From the NCBI GenBank assembly GCA_002483465.1, contig DLHX01000018.1:5285-69284 (forward strand): a stretch of 64,000 nt of DNA, read 5' to 3'. A model generated the notes under the pieces. That model did not search any database. It saw only the letters and a list, made by a program, of their open reading frames with translations, and had not been told where the DNA came from. The position numbers were made by a program, and so were the translations under genes. The DNA is from Micavibrio sp. UBA7657 (GTDB lineage Bacteria; Pseudomonadota; Alphaproteobacteria; Micavibrionales; Micavibrionaceae). The number at the start of each line of letters is the position of its first letter. Position 1 is the stretch's first letter. Shown piece after piece: positions 9,743 through 19,696 of this stretch.

Positions 9743-10966
9743 ATGGCGTCGGCAATCCCAACCAAGAAGGCTTTTAAAAGCGGTGAAGTGATCATGCGCC
9801 AGGGCGACCCTGGCGAGAGTGCCTATATTATTGAGAGCGGCCGCGTTGAAATCCTGGTTACAGGCCGCAACGGGAAGGTCCAGAATGTAGGCACGCGCGG
9901 CCCCGGCACAATGATCGGCGAGATGGCGCTGGTTGATAACGCCCCCCGCACCGCCACAGTGCAGGCCGTCGAGAATTGCGTCCTGCTTGAAATCACCAAG
10001 GAAGATTTTTCAAACCGCCTGCAGAAGGCCGACCCAATTTTGCGCATGACGTCGCAGGTCATCCTTACCCGTTACCGCGATACCCTCACCCGTGCTGAAA
10101 TCAGCAATGAAAGCAGCGGATGGCCACCGGTTGAAGCACAGGAACTCACCTATGCCGGACAGACGGACGCAATTGAGAGTGTCAAGATCGCCAACGACTT
10201 CCGCACAGCGCTGGAAAAAAAGCAGCTCGCGCTGCATTACCAGCCGATCATTGATCTTCAAAAAGGCAAGGTCTCGGGCTTCGAGGCTCTTATGCGCTGG
10301 AACCATCCCGAGCGCGGCTATATTTCTCCCGGTCTTTTCATCCCAATCGCCGAGCAATCCGGTTTAATCGTCGATGCCAGCCGCTGGGCGCTGCGCGAGG
10401 CCTGCATGGCACTGAAGCGCATCGAAAGCCGCGCGGGATTTTCGAATGAACTTTCCATGAGCGTGAATTTCTCGAGCACTGATTTCGCCTCCGAGGATTT
10501 CATCGACACCATTTATACAACGATCAGCGAAACCGATGTGGATCCCAATTTCGTTCATCTTGAAATCACCGAGCGCCTTCTGATGGGTCAGCCGGATAAT
10601 GCCAAGGACACCCTCCTGATGTGCCGCAAGGCCGGCATCGGTATCTCCATCGACGATTTCGGCACCGGCTATTCGTCACTCAGCTATCTTCATTACTTCC
10701 CCATTGATACGCTCAAAATCGACCAGAGTTTCATCCGTGATATGCAGAAGAATGAAAGCAGCATGGAGCTGGTGAAATCGATCATTGCGCTCGGCAAGAA
10801 TATGAAGATGCATGTCATCGCCGAAGGCGTCGAAAGCAAGGATGAAGCAAAAGTTCTGCGCGATCTGGGTTGCGATTTTGCACAAGGCTATTATTTTGCA
10901 AAACCCATGAGCGAGACCGACATCACGAAATTCGTGAACGAACAAGGCCGCAAAATAAACGTATAG
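9743..10966 (+). CDS. cyclic-nucleotide-binding (CAP_ED) domain fused to an EAL c-di-GMP phosphodiesterase
   Basis: The N-terminus carries GDPGESAYIIESG...IGEMALV..APRTATV. The EAL domain carries all catalytic motifs: EALMRW, SVNFS, EITE, DDFGTGYSSL, KIDQSF, EGVES. Confidence 0.9.
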   Translation: MASAIPTKKAFKSGEVIMRQGDPGESAYIIESGRVEILVTGRNGKVQNVGTRGPGTMIGEMALVDNAPRTATVQAVENCVLLEITKEDFSNRLQKADPILRMTSQVILTRYRDTLTRAEISNESSGWPPVEAQELTYAGQTDAIESVKIANDFRTALEKKQLALHYQPIIDLQKGKVSGFEALMRWNHPERGYISPGLFIPIAEQSGLIVDASRWALREACMALKRIESRAGFSNELSMSVNFSSTDFASEDFIDTIYTTISETDVDPNFVHLEITERLLMGQPDNAKDTLLMCRKAGIGISIDDFGTGYSSLSYLHYFPIDTLKIDQSFIRDMQKNESSMELVKSIIALGKNMKMHVIAEGVESKDEAKVLRDLGCDFAQGYYFAKPMSETDITKFVNEQGRKINV

Positions 10967-13207
10967 CTATTTGGATTTCGCGATATAAACGCCGTCCCAT
11001 TTGGACGGCTTGTTTCTTATCAATTCAACGATGCGGGCTTTATACATGTCGTAGAAATGCGCAAGGCCGAAGTTCTGGACCTTGGCTGCCTCCTCCGCAT
11101 TTTTCATTGCCGCTTCAAAATTGCCTTTCTGATAGGCCTCGATCATCCTGTCATGGACTTCGCGAAGCCTGGCGTAATTATCATTCGCCGTGAATTTATC
11201 ATCTCCAAGCAGCGTGTATATCCGCACGGGTTGGGAGCGCCCCACCACCTGCAACACATCCAGCTCCAGCCCTGCAAAATCTTTGACGCTGCTCCACGTC
11301 TTTTCACTGATAAGAATGTTCACCTGGTAGGCCTTGGTCTGGCTTTCAAGCCGCGAGGCAAGATTGACCGTGTCGCCAAGGACCGAATAAGCGAAGCGTT
11401 GTTTCGATCCCATGTTTCCTACCGCGCACATCCCGGTATTCAGTCCTATACCTGTCTTGAGAAGTGCCGGCACTTTCCCCTGTTCTTTTGCCCTGGCTTC
11501 CAGCACGGCATTAATCGGCTCCAGCGCCGCCTGCATGCCAAGCGCTGCCTTGCAGGCGTGCCGCGCATGGTCAGAGTCATCGAGCGGCGCGTTCCAGAAT
11601 GCCATCATCGCGTCGCCGATATATTTATCGATCGTGCCGCGATTCTGCATCACGAGATCCGACATCGGCGTTAGGAAATCGTTCATGAGCTGGATCAGTT
11701 CCTCCGGTCTCATTCCTTCGGAAATAGACGTAAATTTGCGGATATCGGTAAACATGACCGTTAACTCACGATTTTCACCGCCGAGCCGCAATTTGTCCGG
11801 GTTTGCTGTTAGCTCTTTCATAAAATCCGGCGAGATATAAAGGCCGAACGCCTGCCGCACGGCGCGGCGCTCTTTCTCCGTCCTTAGATAAGTGAGAATC
11901 GTCGAAAGCATAAAAATCGCCAGCACGCAGAATGACGGATAGGTAACGTCGATCAACAATCCATAAGCACTAAAGGCGTATGAACCGATAAAAATCGCTG
12001 CCGTAATGACGAGAATGACGGTCATCGCCTGCGCAACCGCACCGATGAAGGACGAAAAAATAATAATGAACAGGCCTATGGCAAAAATCGAAACTGCTTC
12101 CGCGCCCTCTGCTTCGATCGGGCGGCTCAGATATTTGCCCTGCAGAATCTGATCAATAATATTAAGATGAACTTCGACGCCCGGAATAAATGTGTCAAGC
12201 GGTGTCGAACGGATATCCTTGAGACCAACGGCGCTGGTACCAATTAAAACAATCTTCCCGTTTATTTTTTCCGCAGGGTACGTTCCTTCCAGAATTGAAT
12301 GTGCTGGTATGTACCATTCGCGGTCAGATTTCGCAAAATGGACTAGAAATTCACCACGCGCATTCGTGGGAATTATTTTCTTACCTTTACCAAGCTCAAT
12401 CTCTTCCACACCAAAGCGGCGCGCATCAAGTTTAGCGTAGCGCTCATCCGCCAGCTTCACCGTGCCCCCGCGCTCACCCTCATAAATCCTGATTGCTTCA
12501 AGCGCGAGCGAGGGATAGATGCTCGTGATATTCGAACCCAGGCGTTTGTGCGCCACCAGCATTGGCACGCGGCGTATGATACCGTCCGTGTCGGTTGAAA
12601 CGAAGAAGCTGCCATTGCCCGCGCTGTCCTTGCTGATTTCCTTGAGATTGGTTGTTGCGCCCGCGAGGTTTGGCACAAAGCTCTCAAGATTTTTTCCCCG
12701 AAAAACACCCTTCTGAAACGGTATCTTGTCGGTGTTTTCATTCGTGAATGAAAAACCTGTGACCACATTGCCCGCATTTTTTATTGCCTCACCAAACAGG
12801 ACATCATTATTCGGGATACTGTGAATATTCTGCACGACATCGGCAAATTCCGGCAGGTTACCCAGCTTCTCAGCGATAAAAGACGGCGAACTCCGGTCGG
12901 GTTCGGAAAAAACGATATCAAAAACGATGACTTTTGCGCCCATGCCTTTAAGTTTCGTCACGAGATCGGCCATAACATCGCGCGGCCACGGCATCTGACC
13001 GATTTTTCTTAAAGAAGCTTCGTCAATATCGATGATTACGGTGTCATTAGATGGAACACGGGGCTCCATCATGTTGTAATTGTCGAAGGTGAAGTTACGG
13101 ATCTGCTCGCGCCAGCGCGTATTCGAAAAACTGAACGCTATGGAAACGCAGAGCAGCGTCAGAAGCAGAGAAGTCTGGAACCAGCGGTTTGTCAGGAGGC
13201 TTTCCAT
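10967..13207 (-). CDS. CHASE2 sensor / class III adenylate-guanylate cyclase
   Basis: Periplasmic CHASE2 domain (IIDIDEASL..GQMPWPRD), a transmembrane block, then cyclase motifs VMFTDIRKFTS, KYIGDAMMAFWNAP and GLNTGMCAVGNMGS. The start is 7 nt downstream of the hlyD-like stop. Confidence 0.9.
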   Translation of the reverse strand: MESLLTNRWFQTSLLLTLLCVSIAFSFSNTRWREQIRNFTFDNYNMMEPRVPSNDTVIIDIDEASLRKIGQMPWPRDVMADLVTKLKGMGAKVIVFDIVFSEPDRSSPSFIAEKLGNLPEFADVVQNIHSIPNNDVLFGEAIKNAGNVVTGFSFTNENTDKIPFQKGVFRGKNLESFVPNLAGATTNLKEISKDSAGNGSFFVSTDTDGIIRRVPMLVAHKRLGSNITSIYPSLALEAIRIYEGERGGTVKLADERYAKLDARRFGVEEIELGKGKKIIPTNARGEFLVHFAKSDREWYIPAHSILEGTYPAEKINGKIVLIGTSAVGLKDIRSTPLDTFIPGVEVHLNIIDQILQGKYLSRPIEAEGAEAVSIFAIGLFIIIFSSFIGAVAQAMTVILVITAAIFIGSYAFSAYGLLIDVTYPSFCVLAIFMLSTILTYLRTEKERRAVRQAFGLYISPDFMKELTANPDKLRLGGENRELTVMFTDIRKFTSISEGMRPEELIQLMNDFLTPMSDLVMQNRGTIDKYIGDAMMAFWNAPLDDSDHARHACKAALGMQAALEPINAVLEARAKEQGKVPALLKTGIGLNTGMCAVGNMGSKQRFAYSVLGDTVNLASRLESQTKAYQVNILISEKTWSSVKDFAGLELDVLQVVGRSQPVRIYTLLGDDKFTANDNYARLREVHDRMIEAYQKGNFEAAMKNAEEAAKVQNFGLAHFYDMYKARIVELIRNKPSKWDGVYIAKSK

Positions 13208-13214
13208 ACGCCCC

Positions 13215-14534
13215 TCACCGCTCCGTGAACGCTTTGTCGCGGGCTTTTAGCACGGGCTTCAGCAGATATTCCAGAATGGTCCGCTTGCCCGTGATCACTT
13301 CCGTCTGCGCGACCATGCCGGGCGTGATCGGCAATGGATGCTCAGCCGTTCCGAGGAAATTCCGGTCGGTATGCACTTCAATTTCAAAAAACACGTTGCC
13401 CTGATGATCGGTGACGCTGTTCGCGCCGATACGCACCAGCTTGCCGTCCAGCGCGCCGTATTTCTGCGAGTCATAGGCCGTAACCTTTACCTTCACATCC
13501 TGCCCCGGGCGGATGAACGCGATTTCATCCGGCGGCACGCGTGCGATGATTTTCAGCTCGTCATCAACCGGCACGATTTCCAACAATTTCATCGCCGGCT
13601 GAATGACGCCGCCGATAGTTTTGACTGCGATACTGTTGACGATACCGTCGACGGGGGAACGCAGCTCTGCGCGGTCGACGCGGTCGCCAAGAGTCTTGAG
13701 GCTTTCCTGCAGCTGCGAAATCTCGGTTTCAACACCGTTGAGTTCACCCAGCGCCTGCGAACGGAACTTATCGGTCTGGTTTTCGCGCTCTTTTTTCGCC
13801 GATTGCACCTCTGATTCCAGTGATTTCTGGCGCTGGCTCTCGGCATTGATCTGGCCGCTGATATCGCTGAGCTCGCGCTCGAGCTTCATCTGTTCCATTT
13901 TCGAGACTGCGCGCTTTTCCACCATACTGCGTGTGAGCTCAAGCTCTTTCTGCAGATGCCTGCGGCTCTCCGACAACCCGCCGACCGTAGCTTTCACAGC
14001 TGATAGATCCGCGCTGGCTTTATTAATGCGGTCTTCAAGAATGCCGTAGGAATTTTTCAGCTCCTGCTGCCGCGATTCATAAAGTGCTTTTTCATTGGCG
14101 GCAATGTCGGAATTTTTTTGCACGATATCCTGCGGCACCACGAATTCCGATCCGTTCGCTTCGGCCAACAGGCGGGCTTTTTTCGTGCTGAGGCTCAGAA
14201 ATTTTGCCTCGGTGCCGCCTTTTTCGGAGGAAAACTGCACGTCGCTGATCCGCAGCAGCACTTCGCCTTTTTTAACCTGCTGGCCTTCTTTCACCAGGAG
14301 TTCGCCGAGGATGCCGCCCTCGAGACTCTGCACCGTCTGCACTTCCTGCGAAGGCACCACCTGTCCCTGGCCGTGCGTGATTTCCTCGATCTGCGACACG
14401 CCCGCCCAGACCAGCAGGAACAGCACCAGCGCCATGATCGAAAATAGCATCGCCATCACCGGTGCGGCGGGACGCATGTGTGTCGCGGCTTCCAACTCGG
14501 CCATAAAATCCGTGTCGCGCACATTATTTGTCAT
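13215..14534 (-). CDS. HlyD-family type I secretion membrane fusion protein
   Basis: N-terminal anchor, long coiled-coil, C-terminal beta-barrel (..VTAYDSQKYGALDGKLVRIG..). ATGA overlap with the ABC gene. Confidence 0.9.
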   Translation of the reverse strand: MTNNVRDTDFMAELEAATHMRPAAPVMAMLFSIMALVLFLLVWAGVSQIEEITHGQGQVVPSQEVQTVQSLEGGILGELLVKEGQQVKKGEVLLRISDVQFSSEKGGTEAKFLSLSTKKARLLAEANGSEFVVPQDIVQKNSDIAANEKALYESRQQELKNSYGILEDRINKASADLSAVKATVGGLSESRRHLQKELELTRSMVEKRAVSKMEQMKLERELSDISGQINAESQRQKSLESEVQSAKKERENQTDKFRSQALGELNGVETEISQLQESLKTLGDRVDRAELRSPVDGIVNSIAVKTIGGVIQPAMKLLEIVPVDDELKIIARVPPDEIAFIRPGQDVKVKVTAYDSQKYGALDGKLVRIGANSVTDHQGNVFFEIEVHTDRNFLGTAEHPLPITPGMVAQTEVITGKRTILEYLLKPVLKARDKAFTER

Positions 14535-16702
14535 CGCGGCACCTCGACTTTGCCCGCCTGCAGAGCTTCAAGCACGCGGTCACGCGGCCCGTCCATGATG
14601 ACTTTTCCCTGGTCCATCAGGATCAACCTGTCGACGAGCGGCAGCATCGCCTGCTTGTGTGTGATTAAAATCAGCGTTCGGCCTTCGATCTGGTTCTGGA
14701 TGTAATTCCTGAAAGAGTCTTCCGCCTGCACATCCATCGCATTCGTCGGCTCATCGCAAACCATGATGGCAGGATCCAGCAACATAGCGCGCGCCAGCGC
14801 CACGGCCTGCCTCTGCCCGCCGGACAACCCCTGTCCCGCCTCACCGACCGGCGCGTCATAGCCCATCGGATGGCGTGCGATAAATTCATGCACTCCGGAA
14901 ATCTTTGCGGCTTCAAGAATGGCTTCTTCCGTCGCGTGCGGCACGCTGGCGGTAATGTTATCGCGCACTGTGCCGCTGAAGAGCACAACATCCTGCGCTA
15001 TATAGGCCATGCGGCGGCGCAAATCGGCAGGGTCGATCTGGCGGTAATCTGTGTCATCGGCAGAGATCGTGCCTTCATCCGGCTCATACAAATTCATCAT
15101 CAATCTTGCAATGGTACTCTTGCCCGAGCCTATACGTCCGATAATACCGATCTTCTCGCCTGCATTGATCGAGAAAGAAACGTTGTCGAGGACTTTTCTT
15201 TTTACCTGGGGGTATGAGAATGACACTTTCTCGAAAGTGATCTTGCCTTTAAGATCCGGGCGATGCAGGAAACGTTTTTCCGGCGGGCGCTCAACCGGCT
15301 GGCTCATGATGTTATCGAGAGTCTTCAGCGAACTACCCGCCTGGTGATAGCGCGTCATCAGATTGGCGATGCCACCGATTGGGGCCAGCGCACGGCCACC
15401 GAGAATAACAGTCGCGATCAATGCGCCGATGCTGAGATCGCCCGCCTGCACCATGTACATCCCCGCGAGCACAACGACGACTGACGCAATCATCTGCACG
15501 AAGGCTGCGATATTGACGCCAAGACCAGACCAGAAGCGTGAATCCTGCCCGTGAGCCGCGCTCTGTCCGACATATTCGGTGTAACGCGCGCGGAAACGGC
15601 CATCAGCTCCGGTCGCCTTCACCGTTTCAAGCCCGTGAATGGTCTCAACCAGCAGCCCATGCTTGATTTCCGCGCTACGAATTGCATTCCTGACATGGGT
15701 TTTCAGCTTGAATTGAATCGCAAGCCCGACAAGCACAACAATTAGCATCAACGCGACAAGAATAAACGCCAGCCCGCCGCCGAAGTGGTACACGACGAAC
15801 AGGAAGAAAATTGAAAACGGCAGGTCAACAAGGACGGTGATCGTCGCCGATGTGAAAAAATCACGCACCGAGTCAAATTCACGCAGCATGTTGGCGAAAA
15901 CGCCACTTGAGCGCGGACGCCCGGCGAGGCGCATATTCAAAACATGATCATAGATCCGTCGCGCGGCGATGACGTCGATGCGCCTGCCCGCAAGGTCGAT
16001 CAGGTATGCGCGCAGTGTCCGCATGATGAAATCAAAAACGAAAATCGTCAGCGCGCCAATGCCCAGTGCCCAACCTGTCTCAATCGCATTATTCGGGATC
16101 ACCCGGTCATAGACATTCATAATGAAAATCGGGCTGGCGAGCGCGAAGAGATTGATAAATACCGCGCCCAGCAACGCCGCGCTGTAAATACTGCGGTTTT
16201 CACGCACCAGGCTCCAGAACCAGTGACCCGAAATTTCATCCTTGTGCGCAATTGCGGCAGGATCATTAAATTCTGCGCGCGGGTGAATGAAAATCGCATA
16301 GCCTGAATAATCATTATCAAGATTTTTCAGCGGCACGTCCCGCACCGATCCCGTTTCAGGGATATAAACGCGCACGTCCTTGCCTTTTCTTTCGAGAACC
16401 ACCAGCGCGTGATTATTCTCAAGAATGAGAACCGCAGGCAGAACGGCATTCGGGATAGATTCGGGTTTTGCGCGTTTAACAACCTGCGCCTTCAGGCCCA
16501 TGCGCTCCGCCGCTTCGCAAAACAGCGCCGGGCCCATATTTTTCTCATCGTAAGGAAGGCCCGCCGTTACCGCCTGTGCCGAGCGCGCGTGGCCAAAATG
16601 CGCCGTAAGAAAAACAAGACATTCCAAAAGCGCGTCGATCTCTGCCCCTTCTGCGCGGGGTGTGCTCAATTTTTCTTTTCCGGCTGGTTTATTTTTGTTC
16701 AT
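14531..16702 (-). CDS. type I secretion ABC transporter with N-terminal C39-type domain
   Basis: Walker A GRIGSGKST and signature LSGGQRQ, six transmembrane helices, and an N-terminal roughly 130-aa peptidase-C39-like domain (LLECLVFLTAHFGH ... NNHALVVLE). Confidence 0.9.
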   Translation of the reverse strand: MNKNKPAGKEKLSTPRAEGAEIDALLECLVFLTAHFGHARSAQAVTAGLPYDEKNMGPALFCEAAERMGLKAQVVKRAKPESIPNAVLPAVLILENNHALVVLERKGKDVRVYIPETGSVRDVPLKNLDNDYSGYAIFIHPRAEFNDPAAIAHKDEISGHWFWSLVRENRSIYSAALLGAVFINLFALASPIFIMNVYDRVIPNNAIETGWALGIGALTIFVFDFIMRTLRAYLIDLAGRRIDVIAARRIYDHVLNMRLAGRPRSSGVFANMLREFDSVRDFFTSATITVLVDLPFSIFFLFVVYHFGGGLAFILVALMLIVVLVGLAIQFKLKTHVRNAIRSAEIKHGLLVETIHGLETVKATGADGRFRARYTEYVGQSAAHGQDSRFWSGLGVNIAAFVQMIASVVVVLAGMYMVQAGDLSIGALIATVILGGRALAPIGGIANLMTRYHQAGSSLKTLDNIMSQPVERPPEKRFLHRPDLKGKITFEKVSFSYPQVKRKVLDNVSFSINAGEKIGIIGRIGSGKSTIARLMMNLYEPDEGTISADDTDYRQIDPADLRRRMAYIAQDVVLFSGTVRDNITASVPHATEEAILEAAKISGVHEFIARHPMGYDAPVGEAGQGLSGGQRQAVALARAMLLDPAIMVCDEPTNAMDVQAEDSFRNYIQNQIEGRTLILITHKQAMLPLVDRLILMDQGKVIMDGPRDRVLEALQAGKVEVPR

Positions 16703-18071
16703 CCGACAACGGCGCCGTCAAAAACGCGCCCCCGGCCGGTTTTTGCGGTGAAGCCTGGGCGGTTTCCACGTTTAAAGACTCCTGCAGCCGCCCCATACCG
16801 GCGAGAAGCGCATAACGCGCAGCCATAACCCTGAAACCACCGTTCATTTTCTCGAGATGCGCGGTGAAAAGCTGATTGTCCGATTGCATCAACTGCAGCA
16901 GCGTAATGCGTGCGCCCTCGAACTGGACGTTATAAGTACCGAACAAGGTTTCATTCAACCCGACGCGCCGCTGCTGACTATCGGCCTGCTGCAAAGAAGC
17001 CGCATATTCCGCATAGCCAAGCCTGATAGCACGCTCAATCTGGCGCTCCATCTCCTGCGTTTTCGACGCAGCTTCTTTTTTCTTAAGTTTTTTCTGCTCG
17101 ATACGCGCCATCTGCGCGCCGCCGGTTTCAAATTCCCAGTTCACCCGCACGACTGCACGCGCATCCGTCACTTCGCCGCCGATCTCGTCATCTTTCTCGC
17201 TCTCGAGATAGGACAATTCGCCGTCGACATCGGGATACAGGCCCGCCTTCTCGGCTTTTGCATCGTAATCCGCCGAGTTCAGCATCAGCGCCGCAGATTT
17301 CAAAGCCGGGTGATTGGCTCTGGCAAACTCAATCGCTTCGTCGGCGCCGGTCGGGATCAGGTCAACACGCGGCACAGGCGGCTGGAGCTCACCGGACGGC
17401 ACGCTGCCTGTCAGTTCGGCATAATAGGCTTCTGCCATCCTGACCTGGCCTTCATATTCCGCAGTCATGTTATCGAGAATGACGCCGATATCGCGCGCCT
17501 GCTGGTATTCGGCTTCGTCCGCAGCGCCTTCATCCACCATATCCTTGATACGCGCCTGGTAATCGGCGACTTTTTTCGAATGCGAAACCATCATCGACAA
17601 GCCTGTACGGGCGCGCAGTAAATCCACATAAGCCTGCGCAACGCTGAACGACAAGCGCTCGGTCACATCGGCAATGTTCATCTTCGCGGATTCAATTTTT
17701 GCCTTGGCGGATTCAACGCGGTTGCCGGTTTCGGAGGCATCGTAAATCATCTGGCGCGCGGTGAATGCGCCTTCCCAGTAATTGGAATAAGCCGCGCCGC
17801 GTGTGGTGGTCAGACCACGGCTCGTGCTGTTGTCGCCGTAAATGCGTCCGCCCTGTCCCGTAATGCCGATGGTAGGAAAATATCCTGAACGCTCTTCGCG
17901 CTTTTGTTCTTCTGCAAGGCTCGACCCGACTTTGGCCGTCGTAACGCTTGGATGATTTTGCAACGTGGCCTGTACGGCCTGCTCCAGCGTTTCCGCATGC
18001 AGATCCGTCACCGGCACAAACGCGGCGACGCCCATTAACAAGGCAGGAAATAGAAACTTGCGAAACTGCAT
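16689..18071 (-). CDS. TolC-family outer membrane channel
   Basis: Signal peptide plus a duplicated TolC repeat architecture. First gene of the T1SS operon. Confidence 0.88.
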   Translation of the reverse strand: MQFRKFLFPALLMGVAAFVPVTDLHAETLEQAVQATLQNHPSVTTAKVGSSLAEEQKREERSGYFPTIGITGQGGRIYGDNSTSRGLTTTRGAAYSNYWEGAFTARQMIYDASETGNRVESAKAKIESAKMNIADVTERLSFSVAQAYVDLLRARTGLSMMVSHSKKVADYQARIKDMVDEGAADEAEYQQARDIGVILDNMTAEYEGQVRMAEAYYAELTGSVPSGELQPPVPRVDLIPTGADEAIEFARANHPALKSAALMLNSADYDAKAEKAGLYPDVDGELSYLESEKDDEIGGEVTDARAVVRVNWEFETGGAQMARIEQKKLKKKEAASKTQEMERQIERAIRLGYAEYAASLQQADSQQRRVGLNETLFGTYNVQFEGARITLLQLMQSDNQLFTAHLEKMNGGFRVMAARYALLAGMGRLQESLNVETAQASPQKPAGGAFLTAPLSDEQK

Positions 18072-18272
18072 AAACGACCGGAAGGGGCCAAGAAACTTAA
18101 AAGGATTGGAAGGAAAGTGAATCAGAACTTATATCATTGAATCTAAAGAAAATCGGTCGCGTATTCAAGCGCGATCCCGTACAAGTTGTGCACTATCCCG
18201 CCCAGCCCTTCACAAGCCGGGGAAGTTGGTGCATCTTCAAGGGGTTTCAAGCCGATTCCGGAGTTAAAAATC

Positions 18273-19406
18273 TTGGCGCTTAGCATTGCAATCATTAAAG
18301 AAACTGCGGAATTTGAAACCCGCGTCGCGGCCTCGGCGGAGACCGTTAAAAAGTTGATCGCGCTGGGCTGCTCCGTGATTATAGAAAAAGGCGCGGGCGA
18401 AGCCTCTTCTATTAGCGATGAAATGTTCCGCGAGGCAGGCGCCGCTATGGTTGCACAGGCCGCAGAAGCAACCCGGAACGCCGATATCATCCTGAAGGTT
18501 CAGGCGCGTGAAAGCGATTTGGGCGGTCTAAAAAAAGGGGCGCTGCTGATCGGCCTCATGTCGCCGCACAATAATGAGAATTTCGTCAAAAAAATTGCTA
18601 GCGCAAACGTCAATGGATTTTCCATGGAGCTTGTCCCGCGTATTACACGGGCGCAATCTATGGACGTTCTTTCCTCGCAATCAAATTTAGCCGGTTACAA
18701 ATCCGTTTTGGATGCTACCGAATATTTCAACCGCGCCTTCCCGATGATGATGACGGCGGCTGGCACCGTTCCGCCTGCGAAAGTCTTCGTCATGGGCGCG
18801 GGCGTTGCAGGCTTGCAGGCTATAGCCACCGCGAAACGTTTAGGAGCGATTGTTTCCGCAACCGACGTACGCCCCGCCGCCAAAGAGCAAGTTAAATCGC
18901 TCGGCGGCTCGTTTATTGCCGTTGAAGACGATGAATTCAAGCAAGCCGAAACCACGGCGGGTTACGCGAAGCCAATGTCACCTGAATATCAGGCGAAACA
19001 GCAAAAACTTGTCGAAGAGCATATCGCGAAACAGGATATCGTGATTACAACAGCGCTTATCCCGGGGCGCGCTGCGCCGAAACTCATTACTGAATCGATG
19101 GTGAAATCGATGAAGCCCGGCTCCGTCATCGTCGATCTCGCAGTCGAAAGCGGCGGTAACTGTGCGCTCTCGAAAGCAGGTGAAGTCGTCAACGTGAATA
19201 ATGTTTCCATTCTCGGCCATAAAAATGTACCGGGCCGCATCGCAGGTAACGCTTCGGCGCTTTACGCAAAGAACCTGCTCAATCTTCTCACGCTCATCGT
19301 TAAGGATGGCGTACTAAACATCAACTGGGATGACGACATCATCAAGGGCATTGCCCTCACCCGCGACGGCGCAATTATTCACCCGTTATTTACGGAGAAG
19401 AAATAA
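18273..19406 (+). CDS. pntA: NAD(P) transhydrogenase subunit alpha part 1
   Basis: [17 protein letters not shown]..; [35 protein letters not shown]. The TTG start at 18273 has GGAG 9 nt upstream and matches family N-termini; the track ORF begins at an upstream TTG at 18186. Confidence 0.9.
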   Translation: MALSIAIIKETAEFETRVAASAETVKKLIALGCSVIIEKGAGEASSISDEMFREAGAAMVAQAAEATRNADIILKVQARESDLGGLKKGALLIGLMSPHNNENFVKKIASANVNGFSMELVPRITRAQSMDVLSSQSNLAGYKSVLDATEYFNRAFPMMMTAAGTVPPAKVFVMGAGVAGLQAIATAKRLGAIVSATDVRPAAKEQVKSLGGSFIAVEDDEFKQAETTAGYAKPMSPEYQAKQQKLVEEHIAKQDIVITTALIPGRAAPKLITESMVKSMKPGSVIVDLAVESGGNCALSKAGEVVNVNNVSILGHKNVPGRIAGNASALYAKNLLNLLTLIVKDGVLNINWDDDIIKGIALTRDGAIIHPLFTEKK

Positions 19407-19696
19407 TGGAATTCCTCATCACAGGTTTTACCGTTTTTGTTCTTACATGTTTCGTCGGCTATCACGTTGTCTGGCGCGTAACGCCAGCGCTGCATTCGCC
19501 GCTGATGGGTATTACCAACGCGATTTCATCCGTAATCATCGTCGGCGCGGTCATCGCCGTGGGCGCTTCCAGCGGCGGATTTTCGACATTCATGGGTTTC
19601 CTCGCCGTCGTGCTGGCCTCGGTCAATATTTTCGGCGGTTTCATCATTACGCGCCGCATGCTTGCCATGTTCAAGAAGAAGGATAAAGCGTCATGA
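19406..19696 (+). CDS. NAD(P) transhydrogenase subunit alpha part 2 (membrane)
   Basis: 96-aa three-helix membrane protein between pntAA and pntB. TAATG overlap. Confidence 0.88.
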   Translation: MEFLITGFTVFVLTCFVGYHVVWRVTPALHSPLMGITNAISSVIIVGAVIAVGASSGGFSTFMGFLAVVLASVNIFGGFIITRRMLAMFKKKDKAS

